A stretch of 63,756 nt of DNA, the filler included, from Choristocarpus tenellus KU-1152 (lineage: Eukaryota; Protista; Phaeophyceae): the NCBI GenBank assembly GCA_964200185.2. It is 8 parts of 8 records of this genome, joined end to end, with 100 filler letters (N's around TTAATTAATTAA, not from the genome) between each part and the next. Parts side by side here need not be neighbours in the genome. Positions count along the whole stretch, not along the records: positions 11,342 to 14,376 come from CAXNAD020022787.1; positions 14,477 to 17,978 come from CAXNAD020019592.1; positions 18,079 to 45,840 come from CAXNAD020000138.1; 5 more parts are not named here. One strand, given 5' to 3'. The position numbers and the translations under genes were made by a program. Position 1 is the first letter of the stretch, and the number at the start of each line of letters is the position of its first letter. The notes beneath the pieces are model-generated. The model did not search any database and was not told the origin of the DNA. It was given only the letters and a program-made list of their open reading frames with translations. This document shows, in pieces, positions 14,218 through 25,671 of the stretch.

Positions 14218-14376
14218 AGCTCAAAGTATCTGAGGGGGGGTGGCGGTTGTCCATTTGGGGCCAATTTTTTTCATGTCGCGATTTTTGGGTAATTTGGTTC
14301 CATACGACGGATGGATAATGAAAGTACACTTTTCCTGGTCTTAGCCCAAAATGGACACCCTGGTGTAGACCCCCCC
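14218..14376. mobile_element. MITE family A, truncated by contig end
   Basis: AGCTCAAAGTATCTGAGGGGGGG...GGTGTAGACCCCCCC. Confidence 0.9.
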
Positions 14377-14476
14377 NNNNNNNNNNNNNNNNNNNNNNNN
14401 NNNNNNNNNNNNNNNNNNNNTTAATTAATTAANNNNNNNNNNNNNNNNNNNNNNNNNNNNNNNNNNNNNNNNNNNN

Positions 14477-14497
14477 CCCCCCCAGATACTTTGGGTC
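14477..14497. mobile_element. MITE family A, terminal fragment at contig start
   Basis: C7-AGATACTTTGGGTC. Confidence 0.75.
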
Positions 14498-14643
14498 TAT
14501 AGAATAATATTTATGTTCTGTTGGTGTACAAGCTAAACAGTATCCGAGTCAATCAGATCCTGACAGAATGAGTGTATCCTCCAGCCAAGTGGTAGGACTG
14601 GTTAGAAAGATTCCTGGAGAGGGAGGAAATCAGTACCATGCAC

Positions 14644-14706
14644 CTGTGTAGCATACTCCAGCAGTATTGAAGTGTAGCCCTCAATAAATTGCGTCAGTTG
14701 GCAGCC
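14644..14706 (-). CDS. Possible exon of ADCY10-like gene (GCQLTQFIEGYTSILLEYATQ)
   Basis: cttcag acceptor, cag|gtgcat donor, phase 0-0. Confidence 0.45.
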
Positions 14707-17441
14707 CTGAAGCAATAGTCCTGAGGGTTGTTGGGAGTGTTGTCTCAAAGCTATCAACAGAAACTCTCCGCTACAAACCATATCTACCCTCCCTATCCAA
14801 GTGCTACCAATGATAGTATGAATTCCACACAAGTGCGACATCTGTGCAGACATCCCTTCTGGGAAATCGACCAGCACAGTTTTTTAGGGTGTGATGAGTC
14901 CTCTTGGTTTTTTGAACACGTGTCATACAGGCAAGAGAAGACCAGCGATACAAAGGTATGATGGGCTTAGAAGAGTGCTTGGCACACCACACGCTGTCAC
15001 TCCAATGCATGCACGGAAATGCTCTGCCGAGTCTTTGACAGCTCAAAATGATGGAGTGGGTATTGGTGTGAACAGTTGGTACTTCCTCTTGGGACAACTT
15101 GTCAACCACTATTCCAAAGTACTCCAAATATTGCATGCTGCTCATTTTTTTCAGCTGGAAAAACGAACACAGGTCTATGTCTACTTGGGTTGTGGGGTAG
15201 ATACGCTGACATTTCCAGAGTGGTGATTTGAATACAGGCCCGCATACAACACATGCGGCATCTTCTTGCGACAGAGTAATGCTCCTGCTTTTCTGCTTAG
15301 GAGCACATCTCTCACATTTCTTCCAATCAGGGTCTTGCTGAACAGGCAAAGACCAAACCTTTGCGGGGCAAATCTCTCACCAATCGATTCCTTATCTTTC
15401 TCTGGTGAATCCTTCACTTTCTCCATCACTCCCAACCCCTCAATAAAGAATAGTGATGCATCAATAAACTGCCCCATTCCCAACAGCTTCTGAACCGCTT
15501 TGGATATGACAGATAGGGCCTGAAGGGCAATAAAAAAGGATGTCATGTTGAAGGAGGTATGCTATTGGAATGTGGGAGGTGATGAATGAGAGAGGCAGCA
15601 AAGCAGGTACCACTAAATTTGGTCAACTCTATTGATTTAAAGGGCATACGAGGACTGCAATTGGCAAGTGCCAAGGTAGGAACATCTGAGGCATTTGGAT
15701 GAAGTTGGTGCTATCAACACAGCCTTTTGTACACAAAGATAAAGAAAGGGAGGCGTATAATCTATACCTACCGCTATCAACATCTGATGGAAGGCTTTTT
15801 GACCGCCTAAGTCCTCAATTTCGTCCTTTCCTGGGTCGCCCTTTGCCACCTGAAGCATACAATAGCATTAACGGAGTCAGCACAGGAAAGGTTGTGAGGA
15901 TGAGTGAAAGTATCTTAGAGGGTACGAGTTTTGCCCTGTTTGTCCATTTGGAAGGCTTTGGCTTCCCACCGGTTTTTAATGACATTTTACATACTCTCAA
16001 ATGTTTTGGAGTTGGTAAAATATATACGTTATGAAAAGGTGTGTCCGGAAAAAGGATATTGACATCTCGTAACAAACACGATAGCCAAAATTACATCGAA
16101 ATGGCAACATTGGATTTTTGCCCCCAAATGGACGCGGCTCTACCCTCTAAGATGCATTGACTCGATGGATATTGTAATGCATGCAATAGGCACGAAGATA
16201 AGTCAGGCATGTGCTACATAATGTTAGCCCTTGATTTTCCACCACACTCTCCTGTATCCAATGATGTGCAAGCACCATAAAAGAATCTGGACACCTTTCC
16301 GTCATAACCGAGGCCACTCGATAATGTAACCGCCATCTGTAACTGTGCAGCAGCATCCCGTATGCTGTGTATGACATCTTAAGAAGAAAGAGGTGTACAT
16401 GTGGCAGGGGTGGAGATGTCAACGAGATGTTGTCAAACCATGCAACAAGATTTCATACTAGGATAGAAATGCTTCTTGAAGCCTTCATGGAGTATTGCAA
16501 GTTTTTGTAGGTTTTTTCATTTTTTCTCTATATTTATCTTGCATATATACGAATATACCCCACACCAACAGTTGTATGGGCACGGGGAGTAAGTACATTG
16601 GATTTCTCTGGGAGTGGGAGGTCGATGACTTACCAGGGCATGGGTAAAGTTATAGGTCTCTTTCTCACTTCCATCGTCCGTCCACTGCAAGAAATTATTG
16701 TCAACAAGAGTTCTGAGATGTGCACGGAGGGCTCCAAGCTCATGTTCTACAGGGAACACTGCTTCTAAGATGTCAAAGGTGAATGTCTCCCCTATCACTG
16801 CCGCAACCTGTAAATTGAATTCATGTGGAGAAGGTGGCACAAGGAGAAGAACCGATAGGTTGCTGAAGGGATATGTAATAGAAGGAACCTCCTCAAACAA
16901 TTACCTTTCATAGATGTCCCCTGTTCCTTTTCCTCCCCATCCATGTTTGAGCTTCAAGGGGGTAGTAGGGGGGAGGGGGGGGGAAGGGAGAGGCCAAGAG
17001 CATCAACTAGAAGTCGCTTGAAATCGTTGGACACTGCCACGAATTTACACATCAGGGAGAATTGATTTCAACCTTCACTAGAAACTAGAAGAGGGAGATG
17101 TCTCTTTCCTCTCTCATCACACAAATTATGCAAGAATAACCGAAAGGCTATACTGCCACTGGGAGTAAGATCTAGATCACATTGTTTCCCTCACTGGTAT
17201 ATACATTAGCATCTGTACCCCAAAAAGTACTACTAGTTGTACATTTTCATACCACCGGGCATCCAAAAACTATTCTGGCAAGTCAACAACTGAAAAATAG
17301 GTATTACACACAGAGGGATTCATTGCACTGCTGACCTTGAGAACAAGTGCCACACTAGCATCCAGCGTGTCTATGCGAGCACTGACTATCTCCTGCACAG
17401 AGGTAGGAATGTCAGCTTTTTGGCCATCCTTGTTGATATTC
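14644..17441 (-). CDS. Multi-exon gene fragment: soluble adenylate cyclase type 10-like protein (STAND NTPase winged-helix + TPR-like region); incomplete at both ends
   Basis: Phase-compatible exons 17441-17336, 16807-16634, 16377-16252, 15849-15772, 15519-15381, 15180-15083, 14706-14644 splice to ...IPTSVQEIVSARIDTLDASVALVLK|VAAVIGETFTFDILEAVFP...YNFTHAL|MSYTAYGMLLHSYRWRLHYRVA...LAHHWIQ|... This matches the P-x-S-V-x4-ARID-x-L / ASVIG-x-F / Y-x-F-x-H-x-L-x4-AY / LAHH motifs of ADCY10-like and bacterial cyclase-ATPase STAND proteins. The cyclase domain is not in the contig. Confidence 0.8.
15083..15180 (-). CDS. Probable exon of ADCY10-like gene (DIDLCSFFQLKK...LSQEE)
   Basis: tag acceptor, gtacca donor, phase 1-0, compatible with the previous exon. 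Confidence 0.6.
15381..15519 (-). CDS. Probable exon of ADCY10-like gene (ALSVISKAVQKLLGMGQFIDASLFF...)
   Basis: cccttcag acceptor, gtgaga donor, phase 0-1, TPR-like helix. Confidence 0.7.
15772..15849 (-). CDS. Probable exon of ADCY10-like gene (VAKGDPGKDEIEDLGGQKAFHQMLIA)
   Basis: cttcag acceptor, gtaggt donor, 78 nt, phase 0-0. Confidence 0.6.
15902..16163. mobile_element. MITE family B, complete (262 bp), TSD GAT, intronic
   Basis: GAGTGAAAGTATCTTAGAGGGTA...TACCCTCTAAGATGCATTGACTC flanked by gat/gat. Confidence 0.9.
16252..16377 (-). CDS. Exon of ADCY10-like gene (MSYTAYGMLL...LAHHWIQ); 3' boundary uncertain
   Basis: cttcttaag acceptor; continues the HAL-x3-AY...LH...LAHH motif; donor is either cag|GAGAGT or a weak GT 6-9 nt further on. 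Confidence 0.8.
16634..16807 (-). CDS. Exon of ADCY10-like gene (VAAVIGETF...YNFTHAL)
   Basis: cag acceptor, gtaagt donor, 174 nt, phase 0-0. Confidence 0.88.
17336..17441 (-). CDS. Exon of ADCY10-like gene (NINKDGQKADIPTSVQEIVSARIDTLDASVALVLK)
   Basis: ttag acceptor, gtcag donor, 106 nt, conserved ARID-L motif. Confidence 0.85.
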
Positions 17442-17815
17442 CTAAGAATAGCTCGACTCTGTAAGATGGGAAGGATGTGGGTATGAGAAGGGGAAGAACC
17501 ATATGACCTTCATATTATATTCCAATACAGTTGCTTCCAACCCCTCCCAAGCGCATCTGAGCGCTGGAAATTCAATTCTTTTCAGCTGAAGAAGCATGGC
17601 AGAAACTAATGTTGTGCAATGGGGCAAGATCAGTTCCACACCTATTGGCGATGCCATGGGTACACAACTATTAGCTGTGCTTTCATCAGTTCAGTCCCAA
17701 GTGCGCCGATAAAGACCCCTTTTGTCTTATCATTTTTGTTGAAATTTACTCAGATATATATGTAAGAAGAATTGATGTGTCGAAGTCCAAAACTTGAGGT
17801 TTCTTCTGCCTCCCT

Positions 17816-17978
17816 GCCCCTAAGTATCTGTGTGTGTGTGTGTGGGGGGGTCTACACCAGGGTGTCCATTTGGGGCATAACCAGGAAAATTGCACTTATA
17901 TTATCCACCCAATGTATGCAACCAGATCACACAAAAATTGTGACATGAAAAAATTGGCCCCAAATGGACAGCCACACC
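17816..17978. mobile_element. MITE family A, truncated by contig end; (TG)n expansion in the G-run
   Basis: Collinear with 7510-7683. Confidence 0.85.
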
Positions 17979-18821
17979 NNNNNNNNNNNNNNNNNNNNNN
18001 NNNNNNNNNNNNNNNNNNNNNNTTAATTAATTAANNNNNNNNNNNNNNNNNNNNNNNNNNNNNNNNNNNNNNNNNNNNCTATTCGCGTGTAACAACCGTT
18101 TGCACTTCGTTGAAATACAAGAAGAAATACTCGCTCTATTCGCCTGTAACACGAGCTAGTCACTATAGTTACAGTATAATATCTGTAAACATGAGATTAC
18201 AATAGCAGTTTTCAGTGTTGTATTGCAGCTTCTGAAAAATCGAGATTCCAATTGTATTTTTGCTACCCACATTTGGCTCTGACTCTTTCCATACACTTAA
18301 CTTGAGAATAGCTGTACCTTTTCTCTAATAACCTGATAAACCTCATTTTCGTTGGTTATTAGGCTATCAATACATCACAGGGGTTGTCTGCGAGCCTCAC
18401 CATCAGCTCACAGGCTTGTCGATTAGAGCTATGTGTCCCATCAAGGTCAACCGCTGTGAGCGTTTTATAACAGACAATGATGAGTACTCTGTTGTACATC
18501 ATATTGAATTCCCTGTTTATGTTCATGACATTGTTTACTACTCTAGAGTACCTAATTTTGAAGGGTGGATCCCATACGAAACGACACAGCAGTCACCATA
18601 CACCCGCCTTCCATGCAAATACATAGTGCATAGCACCTGCCAATTTACGTATCACACATTCTTCAGTGAGAAATGGGACGCTTGACAAGAGTTGGGAGGA
18701 CGGTGGGGGCACTGAGCAGCAGTAGCAGTGGTGGTAACACTTTCAGTGTGAGACACAACGAGTGATTGTGACAGCAACACTGGCAACAATAACAATAGTT
18801 GTATATCACGTTTGCTGTTAC

Positions 18822-19202
18822 CTACTCGACTTGGTAGTTCCCCCTTGTGATGATGGAGCCCTGTTCAAGAATTTCACTTTGGGCAGATTGGCCAGTCTGC
18901 CAAATGAACCAGTGGAACATCTAGTCAGTGTGTTGAGTCTACCACACGGTGGAATATTTGTTCTTATTTGACAGGTATATGCGGTTCTGGATGCTGTAGC
19001 GAACAGGAATATCTCCCTAACAGTGAAATATGCATCCTCTTCTGAGATTCTTCAAGGCCTTGCGCTAGGAAAATAGGAAGAACACTTCAAGTCAGGTGGT
19101 GATCCAGCCTGATAGCTCAGCAAAAGAAATCCCGGGGAACATGCATTTTTTGGTGAGCGCTTACCCCGATCAGACAAAGGAGACAAGGCTCTCATGGACC
19201 AC
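18822..19202 (-). CDS. Possible two exons (19202-19165, 18993-18822) of an unknown gene
   Basis: ctacag acceptors, gtaagc/gtaaca donors, matching phase, open frame. Confidence 0.3.
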
Positions 19203-19709
19203 CTGTAGCGGAAACACCCTACCAAACACAACGAGCATCAGCTAACAAGCAGTCGTTCAGAGGTGGCGAAGTGTGTGAACGCCACAGCTGTTTTGAGTGA
19301 GAAATACTTGTGATTTTATTTTTTCCCTTGAAAACATAGCTTTGTGTTTGGTGTTTTGTAGTGTGTTGTGAACCGAAAGAATTTACCAGTATAAGTTAAA
19401 TCGGCTCGAATAGTTTCCATGTATTCCATTATAGTAAAACCGTGCGATCCTAGCCGAGAGCGGCCCCTGGGACCTTGCTGGAGGCGATTTTTTTTTAAGT
19501 ACTCCTCATTTACGTGTTCCTTCCCACTACTAGATATACTTTAGCATGTTATACAACAAACTTTTTTACATGCTTTGATATTTTGAAGAAAAACAAAATG
19601 GTCTGAAGAGTTGTCAAGAGGAGGATCATTGAATGAGGAATGATGTGTATTATTTTTGCATCTATTATTTGTTTGAGTCTGTAGCCGCTACACATCGCTG
19701 CTACAGTCT

Positions 19710-20500
19710 TCAGGTGGTATCGTTTCCGTTGCCTTTCTTTGCAGCCTCCCATGCGTCCACGTGGTTGAGAACGCAACACAATAAGGTACACATCTTCTCG
19801 GCCCACCGTTCTGAATGGAAGTTACAATATTCCCAGGTTTTCAGAACACATGTTTTGGGACTGTCTTGTACCAGGAATGCCGAAAACGCGGAAGGAAAAT
19901 TTGGTCGTCTACAATGTACAAATATTATATTGGGAGCTCCTTTCCCACCACCACTTGAGTGGATCGTTGTAAGGTCTACTGTCCAGGTCAATTATGGGGA
20001 GCCCTCCTGCAACCTTGAACCCATCCAACCTCCACACATCCTGCTTCCTCTTGTACTCCAATATCCTACCACCATCAGCTGACCCCCCCCCACATGTTGC
20101 AAGGGAGATTGTTACAAACCCCTTGCATCTTTTACTGGGCATTGCCCCCCTTCAATATGGGTAGTACATGCACATGGGTTTGGTTTCACAACAGGACTAT
20201 TCTCTGCCTCCTGTACTCTGTACCTATCCTCCACAAAACTTAAGACTTCCAACTTCACCTGCCTCCAAATACCTCATGCTTGTTGTGTAGAACGCCATTA
20301 AGGATATCGGTCCTGGAGTATAGGCAGGTAGTCAGGATCTGCTTCCATTTGGATCCTCTCGGCTGCTTATTCTCAATCTCAAAGTACTGGGCAATGTTCC
20401 TACTTGTATCCTTCAAAGCAGTTCACGAAATGTTTTTTTTTGTCAATTCTCTGATGCGTTGGAGTATCTTTCCAACACTTCTTCTCCTCATCATTATCAT
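19710..20500 (-). mobile_element. hAT transposase relic (C-terminal dimerisation domain)
   Basis: PYNDPLKWWWERSSQY followed by frameshifted LGIL..PFR / AEKMCTLLCCVLN segments. Confidence 0.6.
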
Positions 20501-20516
20501 ATTTTAAAATATATCT

Positions 20517-20696
20517 GGCTCAAAGTATCTGGGGGGGGGTGGTGGTGGCTGTCCATTTGGGACCCATTTTCCATGTCGCAATTTTTGGGTGATTTGGTTT
20601 TATGTGTCGAATGGATAATGTAAGTGCACTTTTCCTGGTCAGGGCCCAAATGGACACCCTGGTGTAGACCACCCCCCCCCTAAGATACTTTGAGCC
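20517..20696. mobile_element. MITE family A, complete (180 bp), no TSD
   Basis: Perfect 14-bp TIR GGCTCAAAGTATCT / AGATACTTTGAGCC; flanks tct/taa. Confidence 0.9.
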
Positions 20697-21096
20697 TAAA
20701 ACCCACCATTAAAGTCCAGAAGATCTTGGAAATGCCTCTTCCTCGGATACGCCTGTGATGATGAGGTTGAAGACATGTAATATTTTTCTATGGACAATTT
20801 CACTTGGAAGAACCCCCACTTTCTCGTCCAAGTGCGGGAAAGAGAAGCAAAATATATCAACCATGTCAAATCCCTTATTGGAAGCACCATTTAGCGTACA
20901 TGAATACAGGAACGAGCCAAATCAGTTGAGAGGTAGGCAGGGGTGTTGCACTTTATGGATATTGAGAAAGGCCAAAAAGATCCACTTTGTACGATTGTAG
21001 AAAGAAGGATGGCTTAGAATGAGAAAGGTTACAAACATGCCTACCTCTCGATTGGTTTGGCTCAAACCTCATTGTGTTGCAAACAACCTCTGGAGC
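20697..21096 (+). repeat. Dispersed direct repeat, copy 1 (paralog 39054-39567), containing MITE C
   Basis: Collinear high identity on both sides of the MITE. Confidence 0.9.
20914..21063. mobile_element. MITE family C, internal-deletion derivative (150 bp)
   Basis: Both TIRs intact; lacks about 108 bp relative to 39277-39534. Confidence 0.88.
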
Positions 21097-21857
21097 GTTT
21101 TCGACTCTAAAAATTCCTATCTTCACACTCTCCACATTCAAGTCTAGTGCTGCTAGTAGAGTGCAATAATTCCACACTCTTACAATATTTCCAACTAATG
21201 TGAGTAGGATACGCCTCCTTCGGTCAATGTGAAATCTTCTTTTTTGCCACACTGAAAGAGGGTAAGAAGGGATATTTTATAAATATAGAGTAATATTATT
21301 ATGTTATTATTTTTAATATTCTCATTATCATTATCATTGTCATTCTATGTATCATGACTCATACTGTTTTTACTATTAATATTTTTTGGTACTATTATTA
21401 ATTTTGTTATTAAGGGGCCTGGTTCTGTGTGATGGGGGGCGATGAGAACCACCAGAGTTGAGGTACAGAAAGGAAGTGAAAGATGAGACTGAGGCGTGCT
21501 GGGTGTATGTTGACAGCCTCAGAGTACCATGTGGATCAATCTTCAATGTGATTGGTTGTGACCAGTCAGAACAGAAAACACAATCTTGGGCTTTCCTGAT
21601 TCGAATCCACGGTTCATGTCGGGGTTACCGTGTGCCAGTCGTGAGTCTTACCCACACCACATTATTATTACTTGGACTTACTAGCTGTGATGAGGGGCTA
21701 CACACTGATTGTGCTTGCCTCCATCAATGGCATAAAGTGACATCGCAAATATATATGCCCGCGCGTATTATCCTCATCAATCTCAGGAGATTCCAAAAAG
21801 GCGACCTATCCCTGATATTGTTACAGTATACTGTTGGCAGTCACCTCTAGGATCAGA

Positions 21858-22170
21858 TCGGTCTTGAATTTTTTGTAAAGGTTGGCCAACGATTTAAACG
21901 ATGATCAGCATATCGAATGAAAGCTCTTGACCTGAGCTATCGATTTCCGGAAAGGAATTATTTCGGAAAATTATTTTGGTCAGGTTAAACTTTGACCGAA
22001 TGTTTTCGACACAAGCTTGAAAATGTTTCGGAATGAATTATCAGGACCAAAAATATTTTTGCGAAAGAATTCCTTTGCATCAGGCGATAGCCTAGGTCCA
22101 GAGCTTTCATTTGATATGCTGATCGTCGATTAAATCGTTGGACAACCCTTTCAAACAAATTAAGATTGGT
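21858..22170. mobile_element. Foldback / long-TIR non-autonomous element
   Basis: About 125-bp imperfect inverted arms (GATCAGCATATCGAATGAAAGCTCT / AGAGCTTTCATTTGATATGCTGATC) around a spacer of about 55 bp. Confidence 0.7.
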
Positions 22171-23297
22171 AACCGCCAAAACGGTACGTGCGCGGACCTC
22201 GGCTTAATATTGTTTAAACCACTCACAGGACACTGTGACGCCCAATGAGCTCCGAGGTGTCGCCTGCCCCTCACTGGACACTGTGAATTGAACCCGATAG
22301 AGATGGTGTGGGGGCGGGCGAAGCACTATGTACGAGGCTACTGTGACTACACGTTGCCTGGGATGAGAGCCAAGTTGGAACATCCCTATAGGAATCAGTC
22401 TGAAGGAGGAAGGGGGGCTGTCCAGAGTTAATTGTGGAGAGGTTCAACAGGATGAGTATTGTCTACCACCTGATATATTCCAACGAGAAAGGCATGGAGT
22501 GCACCAAATTGGACAGAGTGTACAAGACATTTAAGTCTCACAGGAGGCCTGCACCTTCAGAGTACCTCATTTGACTTGGCATGGATTGTCTGATTCAGAG
22601 GATAATGGGGACACAACAACGCCCATGTTCTCCGGGTGAACATGGACTCTTCTGGCGTCAAAATCATCCTTTGATGAGCGGTTCGCGCATGCAGCGCGCG
22701 CGGACTACTTGATTTAAGTATGGTTCTGTATTTCTCACGATCACTGCAAATTGACCAACCGAGACTCATCGAATAAGGTTAGGCATGCTGATGCGATTAC
22801 AACAAACGAATTTTCATGAAAAAAAACTGTTGTCGATCAAAAGTTATGGCACGACAAAGTTGGTGGAGGAGGCGACTCCCAACATTGTACTAATATATAC
22901 TATTGTATATTATTTAAATTTTTTATAGTACTATTTTTTTATTGGTATTATATTATTATGGCTTCAACACTTTTGTAGAAGTGCGAAGGGGAAGAACGGT
23001 ATCACATATCAATACTGTCTTCAACAAATCCTAAAACTATCCCAACTCATGGTTATAACCGCTTGACACACTGTACTATTACATGGACTAATTCTTGGTG
23101 TTGTGTTGGTGTACTATATATTTAGCAAAAGAACTCGTAACATAACGTTTGGGGTTCATTTTTTCCTAGTGAAGTGAAGATTTGTATATCGCACACAGGT
23201 TCACTTTCTGAGGTAAAATGTTTTTAATTTCCATTTTTGTTGTGCACTTTAGACCCACCATACACAACCCTCAAACGTAACCGTTCCAAAATATATA

Positions 23298-25010
23298 TTT
23301 CCTCCGTTCGCAATTAAATGTAACATAACTTTTACAACCTCTGTTCTCGCCCAGCAACGACCCACGCGATAAACTCTTTGCACGAGGCTTGTTCTCATAC
23401 ATATTGGGAGGGGTGCAAAGTTTGAGATTTTGGGATATCGCTGTCATGACTGTGGAGGATCACCAGTACAAAGTCAGCAAAAAGTCGCATTTAATGGGGT
23501 TCAAAAACCTCGAGAAAGTGTCAAAAAGGGTGTTATTGGGGATGCCTAGGACGAAGGCCCTCGATCGCTCAAGCGACTCATTCATCCCTTCGTCGCCCCT
23601 CAGTCCTAATTCTTTGGCCTAGACGTCTGTGCAGGGTCTAGACTTTAACACCCCCAACGAAGAACAGCATGGTGTCCCGATGCCTCGGGGGATGGCGGCG
23701 GCCATCGCCGAGAACTTCGGAATTTCCCGAATCACCGTGTTTCGTCGTCTCAAGGAGTTATGACGGCCAGATCGCACTGAGTGAATCCATGGACCTTGTA
23801 CAACGTCACAAGCAGCGATGTGGCCGCTGTACCAATATCCTCTACGTTTGCGATGTCCCACTGTACACCGCACATGCTTCCGCAAATGGGCAACCAAAGC
23901 TGGGGTCTCCCTTGTCTCGTTGTGGGGTCTTTGGAAGCAGAAGAACGTGAAGAAGGTCAAGTGTGGACTAAGTCAGTCCTCTCAGACCAGCAAAAATTGA
24001 AAAAGGTGGTTTTCGTTGTTAGTCACACGCACAGGGGCGGGGGAATTGGGGTATATTAGTGGACGATCTACATGACTGGGTGCAAATGGATGAGAAAATT
24101 GATCTATACATCCTCAAAGATGGACAAGGTGTGTACCTGCACCCCACTGTGTGGAACAACCTAAAACCCACGGGAACAGAATATGCTTAACATTATGAAG
24201 GTGATTTTCCTTGTTGCTGTGGCTCACCCGAGGAAGCTCTCCAATGAGGTGTGGTTCAATGGGATAATCGGGATCTGACCAATCGGGTGCACTAAGGCTT
24301 CTCAGCGCTCCAGCACACACCGCCCCAAGGGCATCAAGGTGCTTGTGCCAGTCACAGTGGATGCGGAGAAGCATAGAAAGTTCATGATCCAGAATGTTAA
24401 AGAAATTGGTGTTCCCAACACTTGTGTATGTAAATGAATCGATTAATTCCTTATTGTCCAAAACAGGTCGTACATGAAGTAAGGAAAGTGTAAGGAAGGA
24501 GAGTGAACTTCAAAGCTCAAAGAAAGGTGGATCATCACCTTACGATTCATGTTCTAATATAACACGTCACTCATTCTCTGTACCATTTGCCACAACCTTC
24601 ATGCATCACTCAAATAACAAGTCACTCGCTTAACACGTCACTCACTTAACACGTAACTATCCCTCGATTGAATCATGATAGTTCGACAACTCAATGTTTC
24701 TCCTACAGAATAATCTTTTACTCATGAATAAAAAGCATATTCTTGACACAGGATGTCATGTCGGTATTCAAGGCCTGCATGCCTAAACCGAAAGGACACA
24801 CCATATTTGTATAGCAGGGCATGCGGGGTAAAGTCGCACACACCAAGGAGGGGATCATGGAGGCAATTGAGGAGGGGACGGGGGACGACATTCTCATAGG
24901 GATCCAGCCAGTCAACTTACCTGACCTCAACGTCAACAACTTGGGATTCTTCCATTCCATTCAACGCTTGAAGGAAGACAGGGGGGGTGACTGACACAAA
25001 GGAGCTGGAG
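23298..25010 (+). mobile_element. Degenerate Tc1/mariner transposon, DD39D (plant/stramenopile mariner) type, in two fragments (about 23298-24398 and 24740-25010)
   Basis: Frameshifted translation: AAAIAENFGISRITVFRRL (HTH)...DDLHDWVQMDEK...KVIFLVAVAHPRKLSNEVWFNGIIGI*P...SQRSSTHRPKG...TIFV*QG...QPVNLPDLNVNNLGFFHSIQRLK; left end TA+TTTCCTCCGTT resembles the CTCCCTCCGT TIR of this group; right TIR not seen. Confidence 0.85.
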
Positions 25011-25114
25011 CAACCAAAATGGAAGCGTTCGATGTGTACCCTCAGGAGACACTAGAGTAGGCTTGGCAGAGTCTCTTTCGGAATTATTTGTGAAGTGCTG
25101 AAGTCCAAGGGTTA

Positions 25115-25371
25115 GAGTCAAAGTATCTTAGAGAGTAGAGACGCGTCCATTTGGGGACCAAAATCCAATGTCGCAATTTTCATGAAATTTTGGCTATTGT
25201 GTTTTTTTGGAGATGTCAATATCCTTGCTCTGGACCACCTTTTCGTAACATACACATTTTACCCACCCAAAACATTTTGGAGTAGGAAAAATGTCATTAA
25301 AAACCCTTGGGAATACAAGCCCCAAATGGACAAACAGGGCAAAACTTACACCCTCTATGATACTTTCACTA
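25115..25371. mobile_element. MITE family B, complete
   Basis: GAGTCAAAGTATCTTAGAGAGTA...CACCCTCTATGATACTTTCACT. Confidence 0.88.
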
Positions 25372-25671
25372 TGACAAGGTCTTCAAAATTCCCCATCTTA
25401 GCAAGGAAAAGGCTGAGAAGGCGGGAAAACTCCCCTCGAATGCCCCAGTGGATCACTAAATTTCATGCTGGAATGGAGTTTTGGAGGGCTTCGAGAGCGA
25501 AATCATAGACAGGTATAGTGTAGGCTGCCCCATTTGCTTGAGACTTTGGTGGGCAACCTCTTGATGTCTGCACAGTACAACCCCATCAAATATGAACATT
25601 TGTAATAACCCTTGCTGTTCCACCACAGCTGCATATGTTATGTTGCATATAATTCCAAACGGAGGAAGTAC

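Noticed and set aside
17620-17740. Further upstream exon of the ADCY10-like gene (NDKTKGVFIGALGTELMKAQLIVV)
   Set aside because: Resembles the GNP-x-F region but lacks NP and convincing splice sites.
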